64,000 bases of DNA from Escherichia coli 042 (GCF_000027125.1 NC_017626.1), one strand, 5' to 3'. Positions 26,983 through 39,125 are shown, counted from the first letter of the stretch. Made by a program: numbers and translations. The notes: a model not told the origin generated them from the letters alone.

Positions 26983-27024
26983 AGCCCCTTTTTCGGCATT
27001 GACTATGTCGTCTGAAAAGGGGCT
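26983..27024. promoter_or_regulatory. Perfect 10-bp inverted repeat upstream of ydcL
   Basis: agcccctttt (26983..26992) and aaaaggggct (27015..27024) separated by 22 nt, about 100 bp upstream of ydcL. Confidence 0.3.
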
Positions 27025-27122
27025 GAAAAATTTATTTTCACCAACACTTTTTTTGCCACAACACGAAGCGGCGCTTTTTGCTATAACTTAGAAAGTAATA
27101 TAATCATCTCAGGAAACTATTC

Positions 27123-27791
27123 ATGCGTACCACATCAATTGCGAAAGTTGCAGCTTTATGCGGCTTGTTGGCTCTGTCTGGTTGTGCCTCTAAAATCACC
27201 CAGCCAGATAAATATTCTGGTTTTTTAAACAATTACTCTGATTTAAAAGAAACAACCTCAGCAACAGGTAAACCTGTTTTACGTTGGGTAGACCCGAGTT
27301 TTGATCAAAGCAAATATGACAGCATCGTCTGGAACCCAGTCACTTATTATCCGGTACCGAAACCATCTACCCAGGTAGGGCAGAAAGTTCTGGATAAAAT
27401 TTTGAGTTATACCAACACCGAAATGAAAGAAGCGATTGCGCAGCGTAAACCACTGGTTACCACCGCTGGGCCGCGTAGTCTGATTTTCCGTGGGGCCATT
27501 ACCGGTGTTGATACCAGCAAAGAAGGGCTGCAATTCTATGAAGTGGTTCCTGTCGCATTAGTGGTCGCGGGGACGCAAATGGCGACGGGCCACCGTACCA
27601 TGGATACTCGCCTGTATTTTGAAGGTGAGCTGATTGATGCAGCTACTAATAAACCGGTTATCAAAGTCGTTCGTCAGGGCGAAGGTAAAGACCTGAATAA
27701 CGAAAGTACGCCAATGGCTTTCGAAAATATTAAACAAGTTATTGATGACATGGCGACCGATGCCACCATGTTTGACGTTAACAAAAAGTAA
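27123..27791 (+). CDS. ydcL: Lipoprotein YdcL
   Basis: 222-aa ORF with lipobox LALSGC. Confidence 0.9.
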   Translation: MRTTSIAKVAALCGLLALSGCASKITQPDKYSGFLNNYSDLKETTSATGKPVLRWVDPSFDQSKYDSIVWNPVTYYPVPKPSTQVGQKVLDKILSYTNTEMKEAIAQRKPLVTTAGPRSLIFRGAITGVDTSKEGLQFYEVVPVALVVAGTQMATGHRTMDTRLYFEGELIDAATNKPVIKVVRQGEGKDLNNESTPMAFENIKQVIDDMATDATMFDVNKK

Positions 27792-27825
27792 TTCCAGCCG
27801 CGCCATCGTAAGATGGCGCTTTTTA

Positions 27826-29001
27826 TTATCGGTTTCTGTGAGCGATTAAATTCAACACCACGTAACAAACGCCTCCGGCAATTAATCCCCAGAACGCAGA
27901 ACCAATCCCGACCAGCGTCAATCCACTTGCCGTTACCAGAAATGCCACCACCGCCGCGTCGCGCTCACGCTCATTATGCAGCGCCTGATACAAACTGCCG
28001 CCAATGGTACTCAACAGCGCCAGACCTGCCAGCATCTGGATCCAACTTACGGGCAGGGCAGCCATCATCCCGGTAATGGCACTACCAAAAAGACCTGCGA
28101 GCAAATAAAAAATGCCTGCAACGGCAGCTGCCAGCCAACGTTGATCTTTATCCGGATGCGCTTCCGGGCTTTGACAAATAGCCGCGGTGATTGCCGCAAT
28201 ACCGACGGAATAAACGCCGAAAGGGGAAAAAACAAGCGCCAGCAATCCAGTAAACACAATCAACGGCGAAACAGGAGCCGAATACCCGGCTGCTTTCATT
28301 GCTGCGATACCTGGAGCGTTTTGCGATGCCATCGTCACCAGAAAAAGGGGGAGTGCAACGCTCAGACTGTGAGCAAACGAAAAATCAGGGGTAATATAAG
28401 TGGGGAGAACGGGTTTAAAGACAACATCATTTGTGACAACGTCACCTTGCGCCATAACGATCACGATCCCAATAATCATCGCGGCAATTACCGCATAGCG
28501 CGGCGCAACGGCCCTGGTTGCCAGCCATACCAGCAACATACTGCCACACAACGTAAATTGACCATCCAGACTGGCAAACGCCTGTAAACCAAAGCGTAAT
28601 AAAATCCCGGCAAGCATTGCTGCCGCAAGCGAGTGCGGAATAATGCGCATCAGACGAGCAAAGAGTCCCGTTATGCCGCAGAGGACTATTAACGCGTTGG
28701 TGACAATAAAAACGCCGATGGCTTCGTTAAGTGTTAGTCCCTGTAATCCGGTGACCAACAAAGCCGCGCCAGGCGTTGACCATGCGGTGAGAACAGGTAC
28801 GCGATACCATAATGTCAGAGTCAGCGTACTGACGCCCATTGCCAGCCCCAGCGCCGTCATCCAGCCAGAGATTTGTGCAGTGGTGGCTCCGGCGACAATC
28901 GCTGCTTGCCAGATTATTGCCGCTGAACTGGCGTAGCCAATTAATACCGCCAGAAACCCCGCCAGTAGCGTGGGTGGAGGAATAGAAAACAGACGCATAG
29001 T
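27826..29001 (-). CDS. ydcO: BenE-family inner membrane transporter YdcO
   Basis: ORF extends to 29259; start placed at MRLFSIPPPTLLAGFLAVLIGY (391 aa); multi-TM. Confidence 0.88.
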   Translation of the reverse strand, partial: TMRLFSIPPPTLLAGFLAVLIGYASSAAIIWQAAIVAGATTAQISGWMTALGLAMGVSTLTLTLWYRVPVLTAWSTPGAALLVTGLQGLTLNEAIGVFIVTNALIVLCGITGLFARLMRIIPHSLAAAMLAGILLRFGLQAFASLDGQFTLCGSMLLVWLATRAVAPRYAVIAAMIIGIVIVMAQGDVVTNDVVFKPVLPTYITPDFSFAHSLSVALPLFLVTMASQNAPGIAAMKAAGYSAPVSPLIVFTGLLALVFSPFGVYSVGIAAITAAICQSPEAHPDKDQRWLAAAVAGIFYLLAGLFGSAITGMMAALPVSWIQMLAGLALLSTIGGSLYQALHNERERDAAVVAFLVTASGLTLVGIGSAFWGLIAGGVCYVVLNLIAHRNR

Positions 29002-29089
29002 CACCTCGTGCGTTATAGCGTACAGGTACCGTAGCATTTGTCCGTTATAACGCACAAGTGATAAACTTCCGTTTTGCCGGAGGAGTCGC

Positions 29090-29626
29090 ATGGAAAATCT
29101 CGCTCGCTTTTTATCCACCACACTTAAACAACTACGCCAGCAGCGCGGCTGGAGTCTTTCGCGACTGGCCGAAGCGACAGGCGTTTCTAAAGCGATGTTA
29201 GGGCAGATTGAGCGTAATGAGTCCAGCCCGACGGTCGCGACATTATGGAAAATTGCCACCGGGTTGAATGTGCCATTTTCGACATTTATTTCTCCGCCGC
29301 AGTCCGCTACGCCTTCAGTTTATGATCCGCAACAGCAGGCGATGGTGATCACTTCGCTGTTTCCTTATGATCCACAACTCTGCTTTGAACACTTCTCGAT
29401 TCAGATGGCACCTGGTGCAATAAGTGAATCGACGCCCCATGAGAAGGGAGTAATCGAACATGTTGTCGTCATTGATGGGCAACTTGATCTGTGCGTTGAT
29501 GGTGAATGGCAGAGCCTTAATTGTGGAGAAGGCGCTCGATTTGCTGCAGACGTTACGCATGTCTATCGTAATGGTGGGGAGCAAATCGTACATTTTCATT
29601 CCCTCATCCATTACCCACGCAGTTAA
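29090..29626 (+). CDS. ydcN: XRE-family HTH / cupin-domain transcriptional regulator YdcN
   Basis: 178-aa ORF with N-terminal HTH (LRQQRGWSLSRLAEATGVSKAMLGQIERNES). Confidence 0.9.
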   Translation: MENLARFLSTTLKQLRQQRGWSLSRLAEATGVSKAMLGQIERNESSPTVATLWKIATGLNVPFSTFISPPQSATPSVYDPQQQAMVITSLFPYDPQLCFEHFSIQMAPGAISESTPHEKGVIEHVVVIDGQLDLCVDGEWQSLNCGEGARFAADVTHVYRNGGEQIVHFHSLIHYPRS

Positions 29627-29698
29627 GCGGGAAAACTATTTCGCAACGTCGCGCTTGTGGCTAAAATAGCCGCCATTTTTCAGCTACTGGATAAGAAT

Positions 29699-31660
29699 GT
29701 GACCGTATCTTCTCATCGACTTGAACTGTTAAGCCCGGCACGCGATGCCGCCATTGCCCGCGAAGCTATTTTGCACGGTGCCGATGCTGTTTATATCGGC
29801 GGCCCTGGTTTTGGTGCCCGTCATAATGCCAGTAATAGCCTGAAAGATATTGCCGAACTGGTGCCGTTTGCCCATCGTTATGGTGCAAAAATTTTCGTCA
29901 CGCTTAACACCATTTTGCATGATGATGAGCTGGAACCTGCGCAACGGCTGATTACCGACCTCTACCAGACCGGCGTCGATGCGCTGATTGTTCAGGATAT
30001 GGGGATTCTGGAACTTGATATTCCGCCGATTGAACTGCACGCCAGTACGCAGTGCGATATTCGCACAGTAGAAAAAGCGAAGTTCCTCTCTGATGTTGGC
30101 TTTACGCAGATTGTGCTGGCGCGAGAGCTGAATCTTGAGCAGATCCGCGCGATTCACCAGGCCACGGACGCGACCATTGAATTCTTTATTCATGGTGCAT
30201 TGTGCGTGGCCTATTCTGGTCAGTGCTACATTTCTCATGCGCAAACAGGGCGTAGCGCCAACCGTGGCGATTGCTCGCAGGCATGCCGTTTGCCATACAC
30301 ATTGAAAGACGATCAGGGGCGGGTGGTTTCTTATGAAAAACATCTGCTGTCGATGAAAGATAACGATCAGACTGCCAACCTTGGCGCGCTGATTGATGCT
30401 GGCGTGCGCTCCTTCAAGATTGAAGGGCGTTACAAAGATATGAGCTACGTGAAGAATATCACCGCGCATTATCGCCAAATGCTGGATGCCATTATTGAAG
30501 AACGTGGCGATCTGGCGCGTGCTTCATCAGGTCGTACTGAACATTTCTTTGTTCCATCGACGGAAAAGACTTTCCACCGTGGTAGCACAGATTATTTTGT
30601 GAATGCCCGTAAAGGGGATATCGGCGCGTTCGATTCGCCGAAATTTATCGGCCTGCCGGTGGGTGAAGTATTGAAAGTGGCGAAAGATCATCTTGATGTT
30701 GCCGTCACCGAGCCACTGGCAAATGGCGATGGCCTGAACGTGATGATTAAACGTGAAGTAGTCGGTTTTCGTGCCAATACGGTAGAAAAAACCGGAGAAA
30801 ATCAGTACCGCGTCTGGCCAAATGAGATGCCTGCGGATTTGCATAAAATTCGTCCGCATCATCCGCTTAATCGTAATCTGGACCATAACTGGCAGCAGGC
30901 GTTGACCAAAACATCCAGCGAACGTCGCGTAGCGGTAGACATTGAACTGGGCGGATGGCAGGAACAACTGATTCTGACCCTGACCAGTGAAGAGGGCGTC
31001 AGCGTCACGCATACGCTGGATGGACAATTCGACGAAGCTAATAACGCCGAAAAAGCGCTTAATAACCTGAAAGATGGTCTGGCTAAGCTGGGGCAAACCA
31101 TCTATTACGCCCGCGATGTGCAAATTAACCTGCCTGGTGCGCTGTTTGTACCGAACAGTCTGTTAAATCAGTTCCGCCGTGAGGCCGCCGAAATGCTGGA
31201 TGCTGCGCGTCTTGCCAGTTATCAGCGCGGCAGTCGTAAACCGGTTGCTGATCCTGCGCCGGTTTATCCGCAAACGCATCTGAGTTTCCTCGCGAACGTT
31301 TACAACCAGAAAGCGCGTGAATTTTATCATCGCTATGGTGTGCAGCTGATTGACGCGGCGTATGAGGCACATGAAGAGAAGGGCGAAGTCCCGGTGATGA
31401 TCACCAAGCATTGTCTGCGCTTTGCCTTTAATCTGTGCCCGAAACAGGCGAAAGGCAATATCAAAAGCTGGAAGGCGACGCCAATGCAACTGGTTAATGG
31501 CGATGAAGTGTTAACGCTGAAATTTGATTGCCGTCCGTGTGAGATGCACGTCATCGGCAAAATTAAAAATCACATTCTGAAAATGCCGTTACCGGGAAGC
31601 GTAGTGGCATTCGTAAGTCCGGATGATCTGCTGAAAACATTGCCGAAGCGAAAAGGGTAA
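29699..31660 (+). CDS. ydcP: U32-family peptidase-like protein YdcP (RlhA)
   Basis: ORF from 29657; start placed at GTG 29699 (653 aa); U32-type Cys-rich motifs. Confidence 0.88.
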   Translation: MTVSSHRLELLSPARDAAIAREAILHGADAVYIGGPGFGARHNASNSLKDIAELVPFAHRYGAKIFVTLNTILHDDELEPAQRLITDLYQTGVDALIVQDMGILELDIPPIELHASTQCDIRTVEKAKFLSDVGFTQIVLARELNLEQIRAIHQATDATIEFFIHGALCVAYSGQCYISHAQTGRSANRGDCSQACRLPYTLKDDQGRVVSYEKHLLSMKDNDQTANLGALIDAGVRSFKIEGRYKDMSYVKNITAHYRQMLDAIIEERGDLARASSGRTEHFFVPSTEKTFHRGSTDYFVNARKGDIGAFDSPKFIGLPVGEVLKVAKDHLDVAVTEPLANGDGLNVMIKREVVGFRANTVEKTGENQYRVWPNEMPADLHKIRPHHPLNRNLDHNWQQALTKTSSERRVAVDIELGGWQEQLILTLTSEEGVSVTHTLDGQFDEANNAEKALNNLKDGLAKLGQTIYYARDVQINLPGALFVPNSLLNQFRREAAEMLDAARLASYQRGSRKPVADPAPVYPQTHLSFLANVYNQKAREFYHRYGVQLIDAAYEAHEEKGEVPVMITKHCLRFAFNLCPKQAKGNIKSWKATPMQLVNGDEVLTLKFDCRPCEMHVIGKIKNHILKMPLPGSVVAFVSPDDLLKTLPKRKG

Positions 31661-31729
31661 AACGCCAGTTTTCTGGTTACTCACAACTTATCAAATCTGC
31701 ATGATATTGTTGGCCGGGTAAGGCGTTAC

Positions 31730-32484
<755 letters not shown>

Positions 32485-32588
32485 ATCAGCATACTTGTCC
32501 TTAGCCTTCTGCAGTGACAGCTGGTAGTACAGCGTGCTTCTGGCCAGCCCTGCAGCCTTTAACAGGTCAGACTGGCAGTGTCCGCACC

Positions 32589-33119
32589 TCAGGCTCCGGA
32601 TGACTTTCGTTTTTTCTCCAGCTCCTGGCGCTTTTTTTCCAGGAGATGCTCCTGCATGGCTTTCAGATATGCATTTTCTGCGCGAAGATAACGCAGCTCA
32701 TTCTTCATCTCTTCCGGCGTCATGTTTGCCTCGTTTTCATGGGTATCATCAGAACGGGTCATGCTTTTCTCCTTCCTGCGCCTGATAAAGGCCTCATTAC
32801 CAGATTTGCGGTAGCCTTTTATCCAGTTTTTAACCGTGTTGTGGCTGGGAATGTTAAACCGGGCAGCTACCCGGGGTAGAGACTCAGAATGCCCGAGAGC
32901 ATAAAGAACCACGCAAAGTTTATCTTCAGGAGAATAGCTACGCTTGTGTCTGCAATCCAGTGCCCGAGGACCGTGAAGAAGAAAAAGATTAATCCAGTGT
33001 GAGAGGCTGGTGTGAGAAAGTTGAAAGAGTTTTGCCGTAGAAATGATGCCTGCATGACCAGCCAGGTAATGATTTACAGCGGCAAGTTTTACTTCAAATG
33101 AATGTTTCATAAACTGCAC
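32589..33119 (-). CDS. IS3-family transposase OrfA (HTH)
   Basis: 176-aa ORF with HTH and leucine-zipper-like C-terminus, ending in an A-rich slippery run (gagaaaaaacga). Confidence 0.88.
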   Translation of the reverse strand: MQFMKHSFEVKLAAVNHYLAGHAGIISTAKLFQLSHTSLSHWINLFLLHGPRALDCRHKRSYSPEDKLCVVLYALGHSESLPRVAARFNIPSHNTVKNWIKGYRKSGNEAFIRRRKEKSMTRSDDTHENEANMTPEEMKNELRYLRAENAYLKAMQEHLLEKKRQELEKKRKSSGA

Positions 33120-33186
33120 CTTCAGATGTCAGATTATGTCCAACATTTGGGGTGCAGTTCATACGCCGCATCCGGCAATAAATGAC

Positions 33187-33417
33187 TCAACGTTGTCCCG
33201 CTTCTGGTTTGCGCGATTTTTGCCAGTAAAAATGCTCGCGCAAACCTTCCGCCGACTCTTCCGCCACAGCACGCAATTCATCGCTGTCCGCTTCATGACG
33301 CAGTTGATGATCCACATTCTTTACCCACATAAATTCATGTCCTTTGTGCCCTGCCATGAGTTGTCCTGAGAACAGCGCACACGTTAATAAGACAACCGAT
33401 AACGCCTTCGTAAACAT
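33187..33417 (-). CDS. yncJ: DUF2554 family secreted protein YncJ
   Basis: 76-aa ORF MFTKALSVVLLTCALFSGQLMAGHKGHEF... with signal peptide. Confidence 0.85.
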   Translation of the reverse strand: MFTKALSVVLLTCALFSGQLMAGHKGHEFMWVKNVDHQLRHEADSDELRAVAEESAEGLREHFYWQKSRKPEAGQR

Positions 33418-33638
33418 CCCGCCACCTTTTTCTCACCTTTTGCCGCTATGATGCCGATCGTTTCTTGAGGTTATTATTCAGTTTTGCAAATTAGCGCAAA
33501 GAAATTCTGGAATCTTCCTTCCTGATTTTGCATTGCATTCTGCCGTTGCGGCGATTAAGTGCTATTTTCGAGAAAATTACACACGGAGGTAAACAATAAT
33601 GTTTACTTTGTTGATATACTCAGCGGCAGGGAGGCGAT

Positions 33639-33815
33639 GTGAAACAAAGCGAGTTCAGACGTTGGCTCGAATCTCAGGGCGTCAATGTAGCAAATGGCAG
33701 CAACCATTTAAAACTCAGGTTTCACGGGAGGCGCAGTGTCATGCCGCGTCACCCCAGCGAAGAGATTAAAGAACCATTACGTAAAGCCATTCTGAAACAA
33801 CTCGGTTTGAGTTAA
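33639..33815 (+). CDS. hicA: Type II toxin HicA (mRNA interferase)
   Basis: 58-codon GTG-initiated ORF (V)KQSEFRRWLESQGVNVANGSNHLKLRFHGRRSVMPRHP...; below the ORF-track cutoff, translated by hand. Confidence 0.8.
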   Translation: MKQSEFRRWLESQGVNVANGSNHLKLRFHGRRSVMPRHPSEEIKEPLRKAILKQLGLS

Positions 33816-33839
33816 TCGCCAATTAAAAAGGTTAATGAC

Positions 33840-34277
<438 letters not shown>

Positions 34278-34355
34278 TAACAGTTAATGAAAAGTTGTCA
34301 TTTTTAACAACTGATATAGACTGCCGAATCACCTGCACATAATAACGATTCGATA

Positions 34356-35762
34356 ATGAAAAAATACCAGCAGCTTGCAGAACAATTACGCGAGCAGATT
34401 GCGTCGGGTATCTGGCAACCCGGAGATCGTTTGCCTTCGTTGCGTGACCAGGTGGCGCTTTCTGGCATGAGCTTTATGACTGTCAGCCATGCCTATCAGT
34501 TGCTCGAAAGTCAGGGATATATTATCGCGCGACCGCAGTCGGGTTATTACGTTGCGCCACAGGCAATAAAAATGCCGAAAGCGCCAGTCATTCCAGTCAC
34601 ACGAGATGAAGCAGTCGATATCAACACCTATATTTTTGATATGTTGCAGGCCAGTCGTGATCCGTCGGTAGTTCCGTTTGCCTCGGCCTTTCCCGACCCG
34701 CGACTTTTCCCCCTCCAACAACTAAACCGCTCGCTGGCGCAGGTAAGCAAAACCGCCACGGCGATGAGCGTGATTGAAAACTTACCGCCAGGAAACGCAG
34801 AACTGCGTCAGGCTATTGCTCGTCGCTATGCCTTACAGGGCATCACTATTTCTCCTGATGAAATTGTCATTACCGCCGGGGCGTTAGAGGCATTAAACCT
34901 CAGTTTACAAGCGGTAACGGAACCAGGCGATTGGGTGATAGTAGAGAATCCTTGTTTCTACGGCGCGTTGCAGGCGCTGGAGCGGTTACGGCTGAAGGCG
35001 TTATCGGTGGCGACGGATGTTAAAGAAGGGATCGATCTTCAGGCGCTGGAACTGGCGTTGCAGGAGTATCCGGTGAAAGCGTGCTGGCTGATGACTAATA
35101 GCCAGAATCCACTCGGATTTACCTTAACGCCGCAAAAAAAAGCACAACTGGTGGCGTTGCTCAATCAGTACAACGTAACGCTGATTGAAGATGACGTGTA
35201 CAGCGAACTTTATTTTGGACGGGAAAAACCGCTGCCTGCGAAAGCGTGGGATCGCCACGATGGTGTTTTGCATTGCTCTTCGTTTTCGAAATGTCTGGTG
35301 CCTGGTTTTCGTATTGGTTGGGTCGCCGCCGGAAAACATGCACGTAAAATTCAACGATTGCAGTTGATGAGTACGCTTTCCACCAGCTCACCGATGCAGC
35401 TTGCGCTGGTGGATTACCTTTCCACGCGCCGATACGACGCCCATCTTCGTCGCCTGCGTCGCCAGCTTGCGGAACGTAAACAACGTGCCTGGCAGGCACT
35501 GCTGCGTTATCTGCCTGCGGAAGTGAAAATTCATCATAATGACAGCGGTTATTTTCTCTGGCTGGAACTCCCCGCGCCGTTAGATGCGGGCGAATTAAGC
35601 CTGGCGGCACTGACGCATCATATCAGTATTGCGCCGGGTAAAATGTTTTCTACCGGTGAAAACTGGTCACGTTTTTTTCGTTTTAATACCGCGTGGCAGT
35701 GGGGAGAACGTGAAGAACAGGCGGTAAAACAATTAGGCAAATTTATTCAAGAACGGCTGTAA
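34356..35762 (+). CDS. ydcR: GntR/MocR-family regulator with aminotransferase domain
   Basis: 468-aa ORF, N-terminal GntR HTH plus PLP aminotransferase-like domain. Confidence 0.92.
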   Translation: MKKYQQLAEQLREQIASGIWQPGDRLPSLRDQVALSGMSFMTVSHAYQLLESQGYIIARPQSGYYVAPQAIKMPKAPVIPVTRDEAVDINTYIFDMLQASRDPSVVPFASAFPDPRLFPLQQLNRSLAQVSKTATAMSVIENLPPGNAELRQAIARRYALQGITISPDEIVITAGALEALNLSLQAVTEPGDWVIVENPCFYGALQALERLRLKALSVATDVKEGIDLQALELALQEYPVKACWLMTNSQNPLGFTLTPQKKAQLVALLNQYNVTLIEDDVYSELYFGREKPLPAKAWDRHDGVLHCSSFSKCLVPGFRIGWVAAGKHARKIQRLQLMSTLSTSSPMQLALVDYLSTRRYDAHLRRLRRQLAERKQRAWQALLRYLPAEVKIHHNDSGYFLWLELPAPLDAGELSLAALTHHISIAPGKMFSTGENWSRFFRFNTAWQWGEREEQAVKQLGKFIQERL

Positions 35763-36006
35763 TAGCGTTTAATTAAATTCCTCTCAGGTTGGGTAATATG
35801 AATTTCGAATAGCAGTCATATTTCCTAACTCCTTGTCTATACTCCAGAAGATAACCTTACAGACGGCATAATGCGCGGTAGCTCACAACCTGATTAAATT
35901 TTCTCAGGGGCGAAGGTGTGCCTGCAAGCCGCCGTCTATGGTTAAACAAGGAGATATTTTTACGGCACGGCGGCTGAACAATTAATTACGACAGGAGTAA
36001 GACCTT

Positions 36007-37152
36007 ATGAGCAAGACATTTGCCCGCAGCAGCCTGTGTGCGCTCACCATGACAATAATCACCGCTCATGCCGCCGAACCGCCTACCAATTTAGATAAAC
36101 CGGAAGGGCGACTGGATATTATCGCCTGGCCGGGATACATCGAACGCGGACAAACTGATAAACAATACGACTGGGTAACGCAATTCGAAAAAGAGACAGG
36201 CTGCGCGGTGAATGTGAAAACCGCCGCGACTTCCGATGAAATGGTCAGTCTGATGACCAAAGGGGGTTACGATCTGGTTACAGCATCCGGCGATGCCTCG
36301 CTGCGCCTGATTATGGGCAAACGCGTGCAGCCGATTAATACCGCATTGATTCCCAACTGGAAAACGCTCGATCCGCGCGTGGTTAAAGGCGACTGGTTTA
36401 ACGTTAGTGGCAAAGTTTATGGCACACCCTACCAATGGGGGCCGAACCTGTTGATGTACAACACTAAAACCTTCCCGACGCCGCCGGATAGCTGGCAAGT
36501 GGTCTTTGTTGAGCAGAATCTGCCGGACGGCAAGAGCAATAAAGGCCGCGTACAGGCCTATGATGGCCCTATCTACATTGCGGACGCTGCGTTGTTCGTT
36601 AAAGCCACTCAGCCGCAGTTGGGCATCAGCGATCCGTATCAACTCACCGAAGAACAGTACCAGGCGGTGCTGAAAGTGCTGCGCGATCAACACAGTTTGA
36701 TCCATCGCTACTGGCATGACACGACCGTGCAAATGAGCGATTTCAAAAACGAGGGTGTGGTTGCTTCCAGTGCCTGGCCCTATCAGGCCAACGCCCTGAA
36801 AGCCGAAGGCCAGCCTGTCGCTACCGTTTTCCCGAAAGAGGGCGTTACCGGTTGGGCTGACACCACCATGCTACATAGCGAAGCGAAACATCCGGTTTGC
36901 GCCTACAAATGGATGAACTGGTCATTAACGCCAAAAGTGCAGGGCGATGTGGCGGCCTGGTTTGGCTCGTTACCAGTAGTGCCGGAAGGGTGTAAAGCCA
37001 GTCCGTTATTAGGCGAGAAAGGTTGTGAAACAAACGGTTTTAACTATTTCGATAAAATCGCCTTCTGGAAAACGCCTATAGCAGAAGGGGGCAAGTTTTT
37101 TCCCTACAGTCGCTGGACGCAGGATTACATTGCCATTATGGGCGGTCGCTAA
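36007..37152 (+). CDS. ydcS: Periplasmic polyamine/substrate-binding protein of ABC transporter
   Basis: 381-aa ORF with signal peptide; PotD/PotF-like. Confidence 0.92.
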   Translation: MSKTFARSSLCALTMTIITAHAAEPPTNLDKPEGRLDIIAWPGYIERGQTDKQYDWVTQFEKETGCAVNVKTAATSDEMVSLMTKGGYDLVTASGDASLRLIMGKRVQPINTALIPNWKTLDPRVVKGDWFNVSGKVYGTPYQWGPNLLMYNTKTFPTPPDSWQVVFVEQNLPDGKSNKGRVQAYDGPIYIADAALFVKATQPQLGISDPYQLTEEQYQAVLKVLRDQHSLIHRYWHDTTVQMSDFKNEGVVASSAWPYQANALKAEGQPVATVFPKEGVTGWADTTMLHSEAKHPVCAYKWMNWSLTPKVQGDVAAWFGSLPVVPEGCKASPLLGEKGCETNGFNYFDKIAFWKTPIAEGGKFFPYSRWTQDYIAIMGGR

Positions 37153-37169
37153 CTTCGCTGGGGTGTTTT

Positions 37170-38183
37170 ATGACGTACGCAGTGGAGTTTGACAACGTCT
37201 CGCGGTTGTACGGTGACGTGCGCGCAGTAGATGGCGTCAGTATTGCGATAAAAGATGGTGAATTCTTCTCTATGCTGGGGCCGTCCGGCTCCGGCAAAAC
37301 CACCTGCCTGCGCCTGATTGCTGGCTTCGAACAGCTTTCCGGCGGGGCTATCTCTATCTTTGGTAAACCCGCCAGCAATCTGCCACCGTGGGAGCGGGAC
37401 GTGAATACCGTCTTTCAGGACTACGCGCTATTTCCGCATATGTCGATTCTTGACAACGTGGCCTATGGGCTGATGGTCAAAGGCGTGAATAAAAAGCAGC
37501 GGCATGCGATGGCGCAAGAGGCGCTGGAGAAAGTGGCGTTGGGGTTTGTACAGCAACGTAAACCGTCACAACTTTCTGGTGGTCAGCGCCAACGGGTTGC
37601 TATTGCCAGAGCACTGGTGAATGAACCGCGCGTATTGCTGTTGGATGAACCGCTCGGCGCGCTGGATCTCAAATTGCGTGAGCAGATGCAACTTGAGCTG
37701 AAAAAGCTGCAACAGTCTCTCGGTATCACTTTTATCTTCGTTACCCACGATCAGGGCGAAGCGTTATCGATGTCCGATCGTGTTGCGGTTTTCAATAATG
37801 GACGCATTGAGCAGGTCGATTCCCCGCGTGACCTCTATATGCGCCCGCGCACGCCGTTTGTTGCCGGATTCGTCGGGACATCGAATGTTTTTGATGCACT
37901 GATGGCAGACAAACTTTGTGGCATGACGGGAAGCTTCGCCCTGCGACCGGAACATATCCGCTTCAACATCCCCGGCGAAGTGCAGGCCAATGGCACGATC
38001 CAGGCGGTGCAATATCAGGGCGCAGCGACTCGTTTTGAACTGAGACTGAACGGTGGTGAAAAACTGCTGGTGAGTCAGGCCAATATGACAGGCGAAGAAC
38101 TGCCTGCCACGCTCACGCCCGGACAACAAGTGATGGTTTCCTGGTCGCGTGATGTGATGGTGCCGCTGGTTGAGGAGAGGTGA
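37170..38183 (+). CDS. ydcT: ABC transporter ATP-binding protein
   Basis: 337-aa ORF with Walker A GPSGSGKTT and signature LSGGQRQR. Confidence 0.94.
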   Translation: MTYAVEFDNVSRLYGDVRAVDGVSIAIKDGEFFSMLGPSGSGKTTCLRLIAGFEQLSGGAISIFGKPASNLPPWERDVNTVFQDYALFPHMSILDNVAYGLMVKGVNKKQRHAMAQEALEKVALGFVQQRKPSQLSGGQRQRVAIARALVNEPRVLLLDEPLGALDLKLREQMQLELKKLQQSLGITFIFVTHDQGEALSMSDRVAVFNNGRIEQVDSPRDLYMRPRTPFVAGFVGTSNVFDALMADKLCGMTGSFALRPEHIRFNIPGEVQANGTIQAVQYQGAATRFELRLNGGEKLLVSQANMTGEELPATLTPGQQVMVSWSRDVMVPLVEER

Positions 38184-39125
38184 ATGGCGATGAACGTATT
38201 GCAATCACCTTCACGTCCAGGAGTTGGAAAGATATCCGGCTTTTTCTGGCGAAAACCAGGACTGGGGCTGTTTTTGTTGCTGCTTGGCCCGCTAATGTGG
38301 TTTGGCATTGTCTATTTCGGCTCGCTGCTAACGCTGTTATGGCAGGGCTTTTATACTTTTGACGATTTCACCATGTCGGTAACGCCGGAACTGACGCTGG
38401 CGAATATCCGTGCGCTGTTTAATCCGGCGAATTACGACATCATTCTCCGCACGCTGATTATGGCTGTGGCAGTCACTATCGCCAGCGCCATTCTGGCTTT
38501 TCCAATGGCGTGGTATATGGCGCGCTATACCAGCGGGAAAATGAAAGCGTTTTTTTATATCGCGGTAATGTTGCCGATGTGGGCGAGCTACATTGTTAAA
38601 GCCTATGCCTGGACGTTATTGCTGGCGAAAGATGGTGTGGCGCAGTGGTTTTTACAACATCTGGGGCTGGAACCACTGCTGACAGCGTTCCTTACATTAC
38701 CAGCGGTGGGCGGTAACACGCTGTCAACTTCCGGGCTGGGGCGCTTTCTGGTGTTTCTCTATATCTGGCTGCCGTTCATGATCCTGCCCGTGCAGGCGGC
38801 GCTTGAGCGTTTGCCGCCGTCATTGTTGCAGGCGTCGGCTGATCTTGGCGCACGTCCACGGCAAACCTTTCGCTATGTGGTACTGCCGCTGGCAATCCCG
38901 GGTATTGCCGCTGGCTCTATCTTTACCTTTTCACTCACACTGGGCGATTTTATCGTCCCGCAGCTGGTTGGCCCTCCAGGATATTTTATCGGCAATATGG
39001 TTTATTCCCAGCAGGGAGCGATTGGCAATATGCCGATGGCGGCGGCATTCACCCTGGTGCCGATTGTTCTCATCGCACTGTACCTGGCGTTCGTGAAACG
39101 TCTGGGAGCGTTCGATGCACTCTGA
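38184..39125 (+). CDS. ydcU: ABC transporter permease
   Basis: 313-aa multi-TM ORF immediately following ydcT. Confidence 0.92.
   Translation: MAMNVLQSPSRPGVGKISGFFWRKPGLGLFLLLLGPLMWFGIVYFGSLLTLLWQGFYTFDDFTMSVTPELTLANIRALFNPANYDIILRTLIMAVAVTIASAILAFPMAWYMARYTSGKMKAFFYIAVMLPMWASYIVKAYAWTLLLAKDGVAQWFLQHLGLEPLLTAFLTLPAVGGNTLSTSGLGRFLVFLYIWLPFMILPVQAALERLPPSLLQASADLGARPRQTFRYVVLPLAIPGIAAGSIFTFSLTLGDFIVPQLVGPPGYFIGNMVYSQQGAIGNMPMAAAFTLVPIVLIALYLAFVKRLGAFDAL

Noticed and set aside
27792-27825. Looked for the IS609 (insQ) copy that K-12 carries between ydcL and ydcO
   Set aside because: Only a 34-bp intergenic spacer is present; the IS is absent here, a strain difference rather than a feature.
27976-28587. 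203-aa plus-strand ORF rich in Arg/His/Cys inside ydcO
   Set aside because: Antisense to the ydcO membrane-protein gene; low-complexity composition consistent with an out-of-frame artefact.
29729-31123. 249-aa and 198-aa minus-strand ORFs inside ydcP
   Set aside because: Both antisense to the long ydcP ORF; no independent support.
36091-36732. 213-aa minus-strand ORF inside ydcS
   Set aside because: Antisense to ydcS; no SD or conserved motif.
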